Positions 26,101 through 36,049 are shown, numbered from the stretch's first letter. The stretch is DNA of 64,000 nucleotides from an uncultured Bacteroidota bacterium (GCA_902825795.1 CADECG010000001.1:1476-65475); one strand, 5' to 3'. Translations and numbers: made by a program. The notes: generated by a model from the letters alone, not told the origin.

Positions 26101-28087
26101 CATCACCCGTAATGCTACCACAGACCATGGACGTGGTTCCGCCTTGGATAGCGGACCAGAATGGAGCCGTTCCGCTGTTGAAACCATCACGCGCGATCAC
26201 CGCTTCCACATCCACTTGCATGGGTACCTGATCGCCACTGCACAGAATGCTGTCGGGTGTGTGGATGTCGAATGTGATGACGTTGCCCGGATCAACATCG
26301 ACCAGTATGCTATCGCGCAATCCATCGCAACCGAAAGGTGTGTTCACGTTCAACACGAACCACGTGCTTTGGTTGACCGTGGCTATGGGGTTGCTGATCG
26401 TTGGGTCGTTCAGCAATCCGGCGGGGCTCCAGCTCCATATGGCGCTGGCCGGATTCGGCAGCGAGGCCGTGAGCTGGATCGGTTGGGCGGTGCAGCCCGA
26501 TGTAGCGCTCGCAGTGAGTGTGAGCGGTGGCTGCACCTGTGCTTCCACCAAGAAACTCTCGGTCACTTGGCAGCCGCTGGGCATGATGGTTCCTGTGCAG
26601 AGGACCGTGTCGCTGCTCGTTGGCACGTAGGTGAAATTCTGGGAAGTGGACAGGACGTTACCGGGGGTGCTGGCAAGTGTCCACTCATAGGTGGTGAAGC
26701 CGGCAGGGCCTTGCAAACTCACTTGCCCGGTTGCGCAGATCACGGTATCGACAGGCGCGGTAGGCGTACCGCGATCGCCGATCGTGAACGCATAACTCTC
26801 GCCCATGCCATAACCATAGGCATATGCTATGAAACCCGACGCAGATTGTAGGCGATGTATGCCGTTCGGCACGGACAGCGCGCATTGCACCATGCTAGCG
26901 CACGCTGAGTAAGGACTGAAACTGCCAACTGGGACGGGACTTCCATCGAGCAACAATTGGCCAATGCCGGAGGCCGGCATCACCACGCTCACGAAATGCT
27001 GATTCACCTGTCCGCTGTTGATCGTGCGCCAGCTACCGGCGTAGCTGAGGCGGTCTTCCGGTGAAAGCAGCAAGCTGCTGGGGTCACCTGCACCGCTGCA
27101 GTTGTATCCTTCGAACAACTGTGCGGAGCTTATCGGCTTATCGGCATGGATGCACACCGGTTGTGCAGCGCCGTTCACGGTGATCGATTGGCCGGCGTTC
27201 AGCAACGTCGGCACACCGCCATCGATCGTTACGGAGGTGGCGTTCTGATCGGCAGTAACACGATAGGTATAGCTGGAAATGCCGAGCAGCGGTATCGTAT
27301 GGTGATCGGTCCCCCAGGTCTCGATCGGTAGGCACTGCTCGAACACGTGGTCGCAAGCTGGACAGACCGTGGGCAGATTGGCACACATGCTTCCACCGAA
27401 AACCGCGAAGGGGCGGCAAGGCCCGTTCAATGCGGTTCCGTTCACGGTAGTGCCAGTGAGATCGGTGATATCCGAAGCGCTCATCACCTGATAGGTTTCA
27501 CCTTGGTCCAGGTTCACGGTATAGGGAACGCCCGCGGCATGGCCACCATCGGTCGGCACGCTGGGCACGATGGTCACTTGGGTACCATCTTCGGTAGCAA
27601 CGATCAACAGTTCACTGCGGTAGAAGTTGTTGAAGCCCGGCAAGCCAGCAGCGGCATCCACACGATAATTGAGACCCAAGGAAGCCACGGGCAATATTTG
27701 CGTTGCATCGAGGCTGAAGTTCTGGAAGTTGGTGGCCACGACCGTCACGCTATCGGCCGCCGTGAGCAGTACGCCCATGTCGCCAACCACGTCGCCGTTG
27801 ATGTTCTCCGCAGTGTTGGGGATCGTCACCGTTGCAATGCCCCCTGCGGTAACGGTGAACGCTTGGCTCCATCCCTGCAACGGAATGCTCACCGTGCCGC
27901 TGGTCGCCACATCGCTCGCAATGCTCACACGCAGGTTCTGTGCGTTGTATGCGTTGCGCATGAAGCCCAACCAGAACTCGCGGCCTTTCGTGGGTACAGC
28001 AACCGCTTGTGCGGCTGCTTCGCTTGTCCCGATCAGGGAAAGCACCAACGCTGCGCAGGTAAGCGCCGATCGAAGTAGTGAGCTCAT
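23105..28087 (-). CDS. Giant cell-surface protein (1660 aa): signal peptide, IgGFc-binding-protein-N-like domain, jelly-roll module, Ig-like/Cys-module repeats, T9SS type B CTD (gliding-motility-associated C-terminal domain)
   Basis: ATG 28087 gives MSSLLRSALTCAALVLSLIGTSEAAAQ, followed by VPTKGREFWLGFMRNAY... There are seven tandem ~70-aa modules (..C.G....LDAGN.G.T.LWSTNATTQTI....G.Y.V.VT...C.....V.F.P.P). The C-terminus is ..IYVPNTFTPDGDGVNDLF...VFDRYGNVFWE...WDGT.NG...P..VYVW.... Confidence 0.95.
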   Translation of the reverse strand: MSSLLRSALTCAALVLSLIGTSEAAAQAVAVPTKGREFWLGFMRNAYNAQNLRVSIASDVATSGTVSIPLQGWSQAFTVTAGGIATVTIPNTAENINGDVVGDMGVLLTAADSVTVVATNFQNFSLDATQILPVASLGLNYRVDAAAGLPGFNNFYRSELLIVATEDGTQVTIVPSVPTDGGHAAGVPYTVNLDQGETYQVMSASDITDLTGTTVNGTALNGPCRPFAVFGGSMCANLPTVCPACDHVFEQCLPIETWGTDHHTIPLLGISSYTYRVTADQNATSVTIDGGVPTLLNAGQSITVNGAAQPVCIHADKPISSAQLFEGYNCSGAGDPSSLLLSPEDRLSYAGSWRTINSGQVNQHFVSVVMPASGIGQLLLDGSPVPVGSFSPYSACASMVQCALSVPNGIHRLQSASGFIAYAYGYGMGESYAFTIGDRGTPTAPVDTVICATGQVSLQGPAGFTTYEWTLASTPGNVLSTSQNFTYVPTSSDTVLCTGTIMPSGCQVTESFLVEAQVQPPLTLTASATSGCTAQPIQLTASLPNPASAIWSWSPAGLLNDPTISNPIATVNQSTWFVLNVNTPFGCDGLRDSILVDVDPGNVITFDIHTPDSILCSGDQVPMQVDVEAVIARDGFNSGTAPFWSAIQGGTTSMVCGSITGDALFFDGAGTRTATTIAMNVSTGGAVRFSLKIANGVAPCEDADPGEDVALEYSANGGPWTIAASFNEASYPVFSPITVPITAAMMSANTQFRWKQANSTGAGQDVWAIDQVLISTWDNTTLSYLWSPAASVSNPTVIEPLAWPTASGFVKVDATDPFTQCVYSDSVMFTVGTPFTLAVTNDTTVCAVQPVQLNAVPSAGSNHSFSWLPNNGTLNNATIAAPMATPSSTSTYTVNATSPEGCTANESVTITVGNMSNLVVTTSDNQVCIGDQVQLSATVTGGANLQFAWTPAASLNSSNAQNPVATLPGTTAYSVTVTDGLTGCALSGGVTINTNVPYVLSATPSDTVCTALGMPLTVTHNVPAPQYLWTPASNLNAANIQSPTILADTSALYIVTITDANGCNATDSTRITVAFDDLVQPPDTAICQGETVLLDAGYAGNDFLWNTNATSQTIIADATGLYVVTITDVMGCEAIREFDVTVNPLPAVSLGPDIALCGAAGHVLNANSPGNSVLWSTNATTQQITVATTNDYWVSVTDANGCVNADTVHVAFNANPLDNLVDVTQCSTQTAALNAGNPGCTYSWNTSATTQIIIAPVSGTYTVDVTTPQNCTSTFDAVVTLIEPPVVDLGNDTSLCAGQPLMLDAGNAGATFLWSTNATSQTLAPSASGTYWVDVSNTACTVRDSIDVLFHPLPVNNLQDITACITDVVTLDAGNPGSTYLWSTNATTQTITPVTGNTYSVVVTNAADCQATFSADVTFVGYPVVDLGADTVLCDGQVLTLDAGNTGATFQWSTGAATQMLDVTSSNSYSVTVNNGYCATQDAISVVFNPSPVSMAAHQFFVCLDESPNYVPIDAGNPGSGFVWSHGDTNQVTFAGAYGWYFVTVTNEFDCSAVDSAVVNEFCPAAIYVPNTFTPDGDGVNDLFMAVGKNIAELTMRVFDRYGNVFWETDRPGVGWDGTVNGAQLPNEVYVWRMTYRLLEDVDGTVGREISQTGHVTVLR
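23400..24850 (-). repeat. Seven tandem ~70-aa Cys-containing protein modules (coding repeat) in the C-terminal third of the 1660-aa gene
   Basis: Modules begin DTAICQGETVLLDAGYAGNDFLWNTNATSQ.., PDIALCGAAGHVLNANSPGNSVLWSTNATTQ.., VTQCSTQTAALNAGNPGCTYSWNTSATTQ.., and so on. The coordinates are approximate. Confidence 0.8.
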
Positions 28088-28182
28088 TCGCACGTTCCGT
28101 TCCGCCAGAGTCGCGGCTTTTTTGCGGCCGTGCATACGCCGAAGGCTGGCGGAAGGTTCCTGAACGATGGGATCTGAACGAC

Positions 28183-28206
28183 AAAACCCCGACAAGTCGG
28201 GGTTTT
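28183..28206 (-). terminator. Rho-independent terminator between the two giant paralogs
   Basis: AAAACCCCGAC-aa-GTCGGGGTTTT, with 11-nt arms. On the minus strand the stem runs into TTTTGTCGTT. It lies 23 nt beyond the stop of 28229..32863. Confidence 0.65.
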
Positions 28207-28228
28207 GATCGGACGGAATAGAGCAGGA

Positions 28229-31200
28229 TCAGCGCACCAAGGTCACATGCCCTGTTTGCTCGTAGTCGGGACTGATAACGGTGTGCTCGGCGTTCTCGAA
28301 GAATCGGTACTTCACCTTCCAGATGTACACTCCATCCTGGCTGGTGGCACCGCCGTATGTACCATCCCACTTCGCATCACTGCCGGTGCCGCTTTTGATC
28401 ATCTCGCCCCAACGATCGAAAATGCGCAGCTCGACCGCAGCGATATTGTGGCCGTTCGGGAAGAACATGTCATTAACACCATCGCCATCGGGGGTGAAGG
28501 TGTTGGGCACGTAGATGGCGCTGTGGCAGTATTCCTGCACAAGGATCGAATCGAGGATGGAGCAATCCAACGGTGTGGTGAGCTGCACCATATACCAACC
28601 GTAATCCTCTGCAAGAATGATCTGAGTGGTTTCGCCCGTTGGGCTCCATACGTAGGTGTTGCCCGTGTTCTCGCCACTGAGCACCGCATGGTAGGGCGGG
28701 TAGTCGAGGCAGATCGTCAGTTCGCTCACCGACAGTTCGTTCGGTAGCGGGTTGAAGACCACGTTGATGGAATCGCGCGTCACGCAGTAGTCGTTATACA
28801 CATCCACCCATACGTTCTCGCTTTCAACCAGGGTGATCGTTTGCGAATTCGCACCCGTGCTCCAAGTGAATACGCACGTGTCATTCTCGGCATCGAGGGT
28901 CAACTGCTCCGTATCGCACAGCGCCGTGTCGGCACCAAGGTCCACGACCGGGAATGGGATGAAGATCAAGGTGGCTTCAGCACTGTCGGTGCAGATGGTA
29001 GGAGTGGTCACGACCACACTGTAAGTGCCATCGGTCGCTGTGACGTCAATGGTCTGCGTGGTTTCACCTGTTGGGCTCCACAGATATGCAGCACCAGGAT
29101 TGCCGGCGTTCAAGGTGATCGTTTCGCTTACGCACACCACAGTATCGCTGATGACGATCACGGGCAGTGGATCAAAGACGACGGCGATTGTATCGCTGTT
29201 CAAACAATCGTTGGCATCGATCACATCAACGCTGAAGGGGCCATTGACCGTAGTGCTGATGGTTTGCGTTTGTGCAGTGGTGTTCCACAAGTACGTGCTG
29301 CCGGGATTGCCCGCATCGAGCAACCAGTTCTGGCCAACACACAGCGATGTGTCCGGACCCAGATACACCCCGGGCAATGGATCGACGGTAACGTTGGTGG
29401 TAAAGCTTACCGAGCAACCGATCTGGGTATCGGTCATGGTGCATGTGTAAGCTCCCGCACTGTTAACCGTGATGGTCTGTGAGGTATCACCCGTGCTCCA
29501 ACTGTGGTCCGCCCACGGATAACCTGCATCGATCACCATGCTCTGTCCTTGGCACAACGAACTATCCGCGATGAACGTGAGGCTGCTGAAGCTCACCGTA
29601 ACGGTCACGGTATCGAATGCAGAACAGTTAACCCCATCCCCGACTTCCACGATGTACGTCATGGTGCTATCGAAGGTGATCGTGGGCGCTGCTGTGTTCG
29701 AGAAGTTGAGGTACTGAGCAGGCTCCCACTGGATGATCGGGTTCACCGTTGAGTAGGTGACGCCAAGCTGCATGCCCATGGCGCTGCACACCGTGGTGTC
29801 ATTGCCGGCGAACACGCCGCTCACGTTCGTAACGTTGATGAACACACTGTCCGCGAGCACGCAGCCGCTCAATGTGTCGGTCGCGATCACACTGTACCAC
29901 TCATCCTGCATAGGCTGGGCATCTGGGCTTTGCACGTTCCCATTGCTCAGGCCTGTCAACGGGGCCCATTGGAAAGACATATTGGCCGCACCGCCCACGT
30001 TGGCGTTCAGCGTAACGATGTCACCCGCGCAGATATCCGCATCGGTAGTGGTAACGGTAAGGTTCAACGCGGCGGAAACGATGATCTGAACGTCCCCGGT
30101 CGCCGTACAGCCTTCTTGACTGGTCACCGTAACGGTGTAGGTCGTTGTAACAACTGGCGTTACTGTAGGGCTGGCTGCGAAGATGCTGGTGATGTTGGTG
30201 TTGGGCGCCCAGAGATAGTCGTGGTTGGTGCCCCCGCTTGGAATGGCATCCAACTGGATACCCGCGATATCGCAGATCGCAGTGTCGGGGGTCATGGCCA
30301 GCGTGAAGGGTTGGCCTACATCGATGAACAGACTGTCGTTGTATTGGCAACTGGTGTTCACATCGGTGCTGGTCACATAGTACCAGCCGCTGGTCACCGG
30401 GTAAGCCATCGGATCGATGATGCCGGCGTTGCTCAGTGTAGCCGCTGGCGTCCATGCAATGGTGAGCCCGACAGCATTCTCAACGGCAATGGATACATCG
30501 TCAAGCTGCCAATTGTCTTCGCCCGCTCCGGTGAAGTTGGGCTGCACCCAGCGGAAACGCGTGCTCGCCGTCATTGCCCCTGCCGGGATCGGTTCGTCGA
30601 TCTGCGTCCATGTGGTGTAGAGGTATTCCCAATAGGTATTGATCGTGGTCCATGCACCACCACCGTTGGTGCTGTATTGCAGCAGCACGTCTTCGCCGGG
30701 ATCGGCGTTGTCGCAAGGCGCCAAGCCATCGCTGATCTTCAGGTTGAAGCGGACCGTGCCACCCTGCAACAGGTTCAGATCAACGGTCTGTGCTTCGCGT
30801 GTTGGTGCCGGACCATCGAAGTGCAACGCATTGCCCCCGATGGAACCACAGACGTTGCTCAATGCACCGCCTGTGGTGGTGCTCCATAGCGCTGGGTTCA
30901 GTGCGGTATCCAGCGTATCGCTGACGATGGTCTGGTGGATCTCCAAGTTCAACTGAGCGCTGTCGCCAGCACACAGCATCGTTGGGTCACTGGTCGCCTC
31001 ATAAAGGAGCACGTCGCCGGGGATCACTTCAATGTATATGCTGTCCACGGCCACGGCGCAACCGTTGAGCGTGCTCACACTCACATAGAACCATCCGCTG
31101 TGGGCTGGCGTCGCGATCGGGTTCGGCAAGCTGCCATCATCCAGCGGTGCGTCGGGCCACCAATTGTAGAGGTAGGTGCCCGCCGGGTTCGGCACCACTT

Positions 31201-32863
31201 CCAACTGCACTTCTTCGTACGCACACACCTGGATCACAGCCGGACCGGGCACGCCGTTCGCCGAGAGGTCGAGAACCGGTGGATCGTCGATCTCCACGCT
31301 GAAGAAATACTGCTGCTCGCAGAAGCTCTGATTCTCGTAGCCCGTTACCACGTACACATCGCTGGCCGGTGGCACGAACGTGTAGCTGAGACCGAAGTAC
31401 AGCGTATCGGCAGGGTTGCTCATCGTGTTCCACCATGGATTGAAGATCGGCACAGGTGGCGCTAGTGTCAGCGTACCCGTACTGTCAAGTCCACAGAACA
31501 CACTATCAACAACCAAGGGCGGTACCGGCGTGAACGCACCTACTGAGTAGGCATACGTTTCCGCACTACCGGCTCCATAGACGTACGCGCTCAAGCCACC
31601 AACACATTCCAACGTATGGCTTCCCGGGGCAAGCGTAACCGAGCCATAGCTCATGGTGGGGCAGGCCGGGTAGGCCGAGAACGTACCCAGCGGGATCTGC
31701 GCTCCGTCGAGATAGACACTGGCGGTGTTGGCTGTCTCGGTCACGATGTTCAAGAAGTGAGATGTGATCACCGTGCTCACCACCGTACCGAACGTTATGC
31801 GATCGATCTGCTGCTCCTCCGCATTGAGGATCAAGAGGGCAGGATCACCGAGGTTAGGGTTCAACGTATTGCAGGTAACGCCCTCCATGTACTGGGCAAC
31901 ACTGATCGGCAGGTTGCTTTCGATGCAGTTCGCGGTCGCTTGGAAATTGTACTCGGTCCATTGGCCTGCGCTGAAGGCGATCGGTGCTCCCCCATTGATG
32001 GTGACCTGCGTGCCGTTGTCGCGCGCCATGATCCGGTAGGTGTATCCGCTCATTTGGCTGAACGGGACCGTATAGTATTTCGTACCCCATGCCGTAGTGG
32101 GCAGGTTCTGGTCGTACACGTGATCACAGGCCGTGCAAGAGTTCGGCACCTTGGTACATACGCTTCCGCCGAACACCGCAAAGGGGCGACAGGAGCCACT
32201 AGCGGGCGTACCTCTTACCAAACTGCCTTGCAGGTCCGTGGCATCGCTCTGTGCCTGCACTTGGTACGTCTCACCACTATCCAATTGGATGATCCATGGC
32301 ACTCCGGCCAAGTGGCCACCAGCAGTGTTGGCGGTGGCGGTGATCTCGATCTCCGTCCCATCCTTGGTGGCAACGATCAAGAATTCACTCACCAGATCCG
32401 CGATACCACCGTAGCCGTAGTAGCAGAACACGCGGTAATCGGTGCCCAATGATTGTACCGGATAGATCACTGCCGCATCTGCGGTGTATTGCTCGAAGTT
32501 GATGGCGAACACCGCAACGGTGTCCTGTGTCTGGATGAGGATCGACTTGTTATCGACCACTTCGCTACCGAAGTGCATGGCTGCGGTAACGTTCGGAAGA
32601 GTAACGGTGGTGGTGACGTTAGCAGTAACACTGAAGGGGATGGTCGTGCCGGTCAACGGCATGGTGAGAACACCACTTGTGTTCACCGGGCTGCTGATGA
32701 ACACATCCAAGCTGTTGGCCGCCCCCCCCTGGAAGCCCTTCATGAACCCGATCCAGAACTCTTTGCCCATGGTGGGCACAACACCGGCCTGACCGTGGGC
32801 CAGCGGTGCAACGAGCCCAACAAATACTGAAAGCCAAAACGCGCGGCGAAGGATGCGGCCCAT
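28229..32863 (-). CDS. Giant cell-surface protein (1544 aa), tandem paralog of 23105..28087, with a T9SS type B CTD
   Basis: MGRILRRAFWLSVFVGLVAPLAHGQ, then VPTMGKEFWIGFMKGF... It has the same domain order but five C-terminal ~70-aa modules. The C-terminus is ..IYVPNTFTPDGDGVNDMFFPNG..IFDRWGEMI...WDGTYGG...DGVYIWKV... Confidence 0.95.
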   Translation of the reverse strand: MGRILRRAFWLSVFVGLVAPLAHGQAGVVPTMGKEFWIGFMKGFQGGAANSLDVFISSPVNTSGVLTMPLTGTTIPFSVTANVTTTVTLPNVTAAMHFGSEVVDNKSILIQTQDTVAVFAINFEQYTADAAVIYPVQSLGTDYRVFCYYGYGGIADLVSEFLIVATKDGTEIEITATANTAGGHLAGVPWIIQLDSGETYQVQAQSDATDLQGSLVRGTPASGSCRPFAVFGGSVCTKVPNSCTACDHVYDQNLPTTAWGTKYYTVPFSQMSGYTYRIMARDNGTQVTINGGAPIAFSAGQWTEYNFQATANCIESNLPISVAQYMEGVTCNTLNPNLGDPALLILNAEEQQIDRITFGTVVSTVITSHFLNIVTETANTASVYLDGAQIPLGTFSAYPACPTMSYGSVTLAPGSHTLECVGGLSAYVYGAGSAETYAYSVGAFTPVPPLVVDSVFCGLDSTGTLTLAPPVPIFNPWWNTMSNPADTLYFGLSYTFVPPASDVYVVTGYENQSFCEQQYFFSVEIDDPPVLDLSANGVPGPAVIQVCAYEEVQLEVVPNPAGTYLYNWWPDAPLDDGSLPNPIATPAHSGWFYVSVSTLNGCAVAVDSIYIEVIPGDVLLYEATSDPTMLCAGDSAQLNLEIHQTIVSDTLDTALNPALWSTTTGGALSNVCGSIGGNALHFDGPAPTREAQTVDLNLLQGGTVRFNLKISDGLAPCDNADPGEDVLLQYSTNGGGAWTTINTYWEYLYTTWTQIDEPIPAGAMTASTRFRWVQPNFTGAGEDNWQLDDVSIAVENAVGLTIAWTPAATLSNAGIIDPMAYPVTSGWYYVTSTDVNTSCQYNDSLFIDVGQPFTLAMTPDTAICDIAGIQLDAIPSGGTNHDYLWAPNTNITSIFAASPTVTPVVTTTYTVTVTSQEGCTATGDVQIIVSAALNLTVTTTDADICAGDIVTLNANVGGAANMSFQWAPLTGLSNGNVQSPDAQPMQDEWYSVIATDTLSGCVLADSVFINVTNVSGVFAGNDTTVCSAMGMQLGVTYSTVNPIIQWEPAQYLNFSNTAAPTITFDSTMTYIVEVGDGVNCSAFDTVTVTVSFSSLTFIADSSLCQGQSMVIDAGYPWADHSWSTGDTSQTITVNSAGAYTCTMTDTQIGCSVSFTTNVTVDPLPGVYLGPDTSLCVGQNWLLDAGNPGSTYLWNTTAQTQTISTTVNGPFSVDVIDANDCLNSDTIAVVFDPLPVIVISDTVVCVSETITLNAGNPGAAYLWSPTGETTQTIDVTATDGTYSVVVTTPTICTDSAEATLIFIPFPVVDLGADTALCDTEQLTLDAENDTCVFTWSTGANSQTITLVESENVWVDVYNDYCVTRDSINVVFNPLPNELSVSELTICLDYPPYHAVLSGENTGNTYVWSPTGETTQIILAEDYGWYMVQLTTPLDCSILDSILVQEYCHSAIYVPNTFTPDGDGVNDMFFPNGHNIAAVELRIFDRWGEMIKSGTGSDAKWDGTYGGATSQDGVYIWKVKYRFFENAEHTVISPDYEQTGHVTLVR

Positions 32864-32968
32864 GAATGATGCTGTTAAAAAACGTCGTGAAAGTAGGCTA
32901 CCCGGTCCAGCCCGTAGGCCGTTGACGCTGCTTAGGCGGCTCTCGTTGCCAAGGCCGTGGCATATCGT

Positions 32969-34546
32969 TCACTCCCAAATCACTTCCACCTCCCATCCTG
33001 CCCGCACCGTCGCCCCCTTGGGGTGCACATACACCCGTTCCGGCTGCTGGTCAAGGGGCAACGAACCGGCATCCCAGCGGCCGTTGGCATTGCGGTCGGC
33101 GACCAGCCGCAGTCCGAAGGCTTGTGGTGGAAGCGTACTCCACCAGACCTGCGCGGGTAGCGCACTTCCCGTCTGCAGCAGGATCACTTGTCCCTTGGCA
33201 TCCAGAAGCTCAAGGATGAACGCGCCTTGGTAGCCATCCCGAAGGATCGGAAGCGGAACATTCAGGGAACCGGACCCATTCGCACCAAGCATTTCGATCG
33301 GTATGGCCAGTGTGTCATTCGTACGTCCCTGATGGTCGACCAGGCCTCCAGGCAGTAGGTGCAGGGTTCCCTTCTCCCCTGGCTTCAGCGGGGTCCGTAA
33401 CACGAACCGACGCACATGACCGACACCACTGGAAAGGTTGAACGGCATCGGCACGCTATCGCGCAGAAAGCTGATGCGCGTGGTATCCACGAAAGCAGGC
33501 GGGCGGGAAGCTTCCAACTCAATGGAGGAAGTACCCGTTATGGCCACTCGCGCGATGCTTAGGGTGGCCGGCGCTGATCGTTCTTCCAGGTCCACCGTAT
33601 CCAACAGCACACTATCGGCATGCACCAGCAACGGCCCTTGCGCTAGGCTGTCACCCAAGTACCAAACGCGCACCGAATCGCGAGCGGCATTCCACTCGGG
33701 AAGCCACGCCCCAGCCATGGGCCCGCCTGCGGCGGATGAGATGCTGACAACGTCGACCGGCCGGGAAAAGGCCAGCCGAAGTGCCCCGTCTACATAGCGC
33801 GCGTCCAGGAGGCGTTGAACACTGTCCAAGGCGGTGAACATGCGCAGTTCCGCAGGGGTGGCAAGGCTATCCGTGCTGGTGCTCATAGCCTCGTCGCCAA
33901 AGGCTATCGCTTCGGTGGGGAGGTCGTACAAATGGTTGCCGTTCAGGTCGCGGAGGGCAAAGGCGTTGTAGTTACCCGGTCGCATGAACTCGATGTGCGC
34001 GTGGCCTTGCTCATCGGTGCGGGCGAAATAGTGCGGTTGGCAATTGCGCGGATCGCACGTATCGCCATCGGCGAACAGCAGCACCTCCACTCCTTTCATC
34101 GGCGCCAGCGTTCGCGCATCGTTCACGCCAACGCTGATCCTTGCTGAATCGATCACACTACCAGTGCTGAAGACGAACGGTCCACCCTTGTACACGTTGC
34201 TTTCCGTGAGATCAACGACGCCTTTTTCGAAGTCCAACACGTAGGTTGTGTTCGGCAACAAGAGCCCCTCAAAACCGATCTGCACGGAGCGATCCCCGAT
34301 CAACCGCACAGTTGGCACTTCGGACAGAGGAGGCGAAACCACCAGATTCTCACGGATGCTCTTCAACTGCACGCGTTCGTTGAAGCGCAGAATGATGCGG
34401 TCGCCCCGGAAGTCGGTGGTGCGCTGCAACGGAGTGCTCTCTAGCAGCAGAGGACCTTTCTCATCCTTCTCGCCGCCCGTCGGCTCACGCACTTGGGCGC
34501 ACGCGGCCAAGAGCAGCACGATGGTCAACGGCCAGTAACGCGGCAT
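32969..34546 (-). CDS. Lipoprotein with an N-terminal bacterial Ig-like (SbsA/Big_5-like) domain
   Basis: MPRYWPLTIVLLLAACAQ (lipobox), then ..GPLLLESTPLQRTTDFRGDRIILRFNERV...VSPPL......NTTYVLDF... Confidence 0.8.
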   Translation of the reverse strand: MPRYWPLTIVLLLAACAQVREPTGGEKDEKGPLLLESTPLQRTTDFRGDRIILRFNERVQLKSIRENLVVSPPLSEVPTVRLIGDRSVQIGFEGLLLPNTTYVLDFEKGVVDLTESNVYKGGPFVFSTGSVIDSARISVGVNDARTLAPMKGVEVLLFADGDTCDPRNCQPHYFARTDEQGHAHIEFMRPGNYNAFALRDLNGNHLYDLPTEAIAFGDEAMSTSTDSLATPAELRMFTALDSVQRLLDARYVDGALRLAFSRPVDVVSISSAAGGPMAGAWLPEWNAARDSVRVWYLGDSLAQGPLLVHADSVLLDTVDLEERSAPATLSIARVAITGTSSIELEASRPPAFVDTTRISFLRDSVPMPFNLSSGVGHVRRFVLRTPLKPGEKGTLHLLPGGLVDHQGRTNDTLAIPIEMLGANGSGSLNVPLPILRDGYQGAFILELLDAKGQVILLQTGSALPAQVWWSTLPPQAFGLRLVADRNANGRWDAGSLPLDQQPERVYVHPKGATVRAGWEVEVIWE

Positions 34547-34551
34547 AGGGT

Positions 34552-35040
34552 TCAGTCGAAGAGCGGTTCGAGCAGCCCCAACAGTCGGGCCAACGCCTGC
34601 GCATCCACCTCAGTGAAATCATCCAGTTGCGAGCTGTCGATGTCGAGCACGGCATGCACCCGGTTGTCGCGCCCGCGCAGCGGCACTACGATCTCGCTCT
34701 TGCTCAACGCGCTACAGGCAATGTGGCCCGGGAATTTGTCCACGTCCGGAACGATCAGTGTTCGCTCCTCGGCCCATGCGGTTCCACACACGCCCTTGCC
34801 ATGACCAATGCGCATGCATGCCACGGGACCTTGGAACGGGCCCAGCACCAATTCAGCGCCCATCACCCGGTAAAAGCCGACCCAATGCCAGCCAAAAGCC
34901 TCCTTGATCGCCGCGCCCATGTTGGCCATCGCCGCGATCGGGTCGCGCTCATCCTCCAACAACTGCTTCATCTGTGGATAGAGTGAACTGTACAGCGCGA
35001 AGCGGTCAGCGGTCTTCGGAAGTGTGAGGGTTTCGGACAT
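34552..35040 (-). CDS. GAF-domain protein (free methionine-(R)-sulfoxide reductase, YebR/MsrC-like)
   Basis: ..WVGFYRV.GAELVLGPFQGPVACMRIGHGKGVCGTAW....LIVPDVDKFPGHIACS..SKSEIVVPL.. Confidence 0.8.
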   Translation of the reverse strand: MSETLTLPKTADRFALYSSLYPQMKQLLEDERDPIAAMANMGAAIKEAFGWHWVGFYRVMGAELVLGPFQGPVACMRIGHGKGVCGTAWAEERTLIVPDVDKFPGHIACSALSKSEIVVPLRGRDNRVHAVLDIDSSQLDDFTEVDAQALARLLGLLEPLFD

Positions 35041-35191
35041 GTCGTTACGCCTGCGGATCGAGGGGCGGCTAAGATATCCGGGGGCATTGCGTGATCATGG
35101 GGCCATCACCCTCTCTTCACCATCCTGCGAAAGCGATGGGCTGCCGCTTCCGCGACTTGTTCCGATCTATTCGCAGCAAGGTTTCGAGGCC

Positions 35192-35199
35192 TACATTTG
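35192..35199 (+). promoter_or_regulatory. Candidate Bacteroidetes-type -7 box (TACATTTG) for the suf operon
   Basis: Exact match to TAnnTTTG, 66 nt upstream of the sufC ATG. I see no convincing -33 TTTG. Confidence 0.35.
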
Positions 35200-35264
35200 C
35201 GGACCCCTTCTGTTTAGAACCCATCTAAATAGTGATGCGGACTAACAAAGGAGCCAACGAAGCG

Positions 35265-36014
<750 letters not shown>

Positions 36015-36049
36015 CGTCGACCCTCAGGGTCGACCGAGACGATACCACG

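Noticed and set aside
23400-30000. Regularly spaced ~210-nt repeats that might suggest a CRISPR-like or satellite array.
   Set aside because: They are in-frame tandem protein modules of ~70 aa that are diverged at the DNA level. There are no short identical direct repeats with unique spacers and no cas genes.
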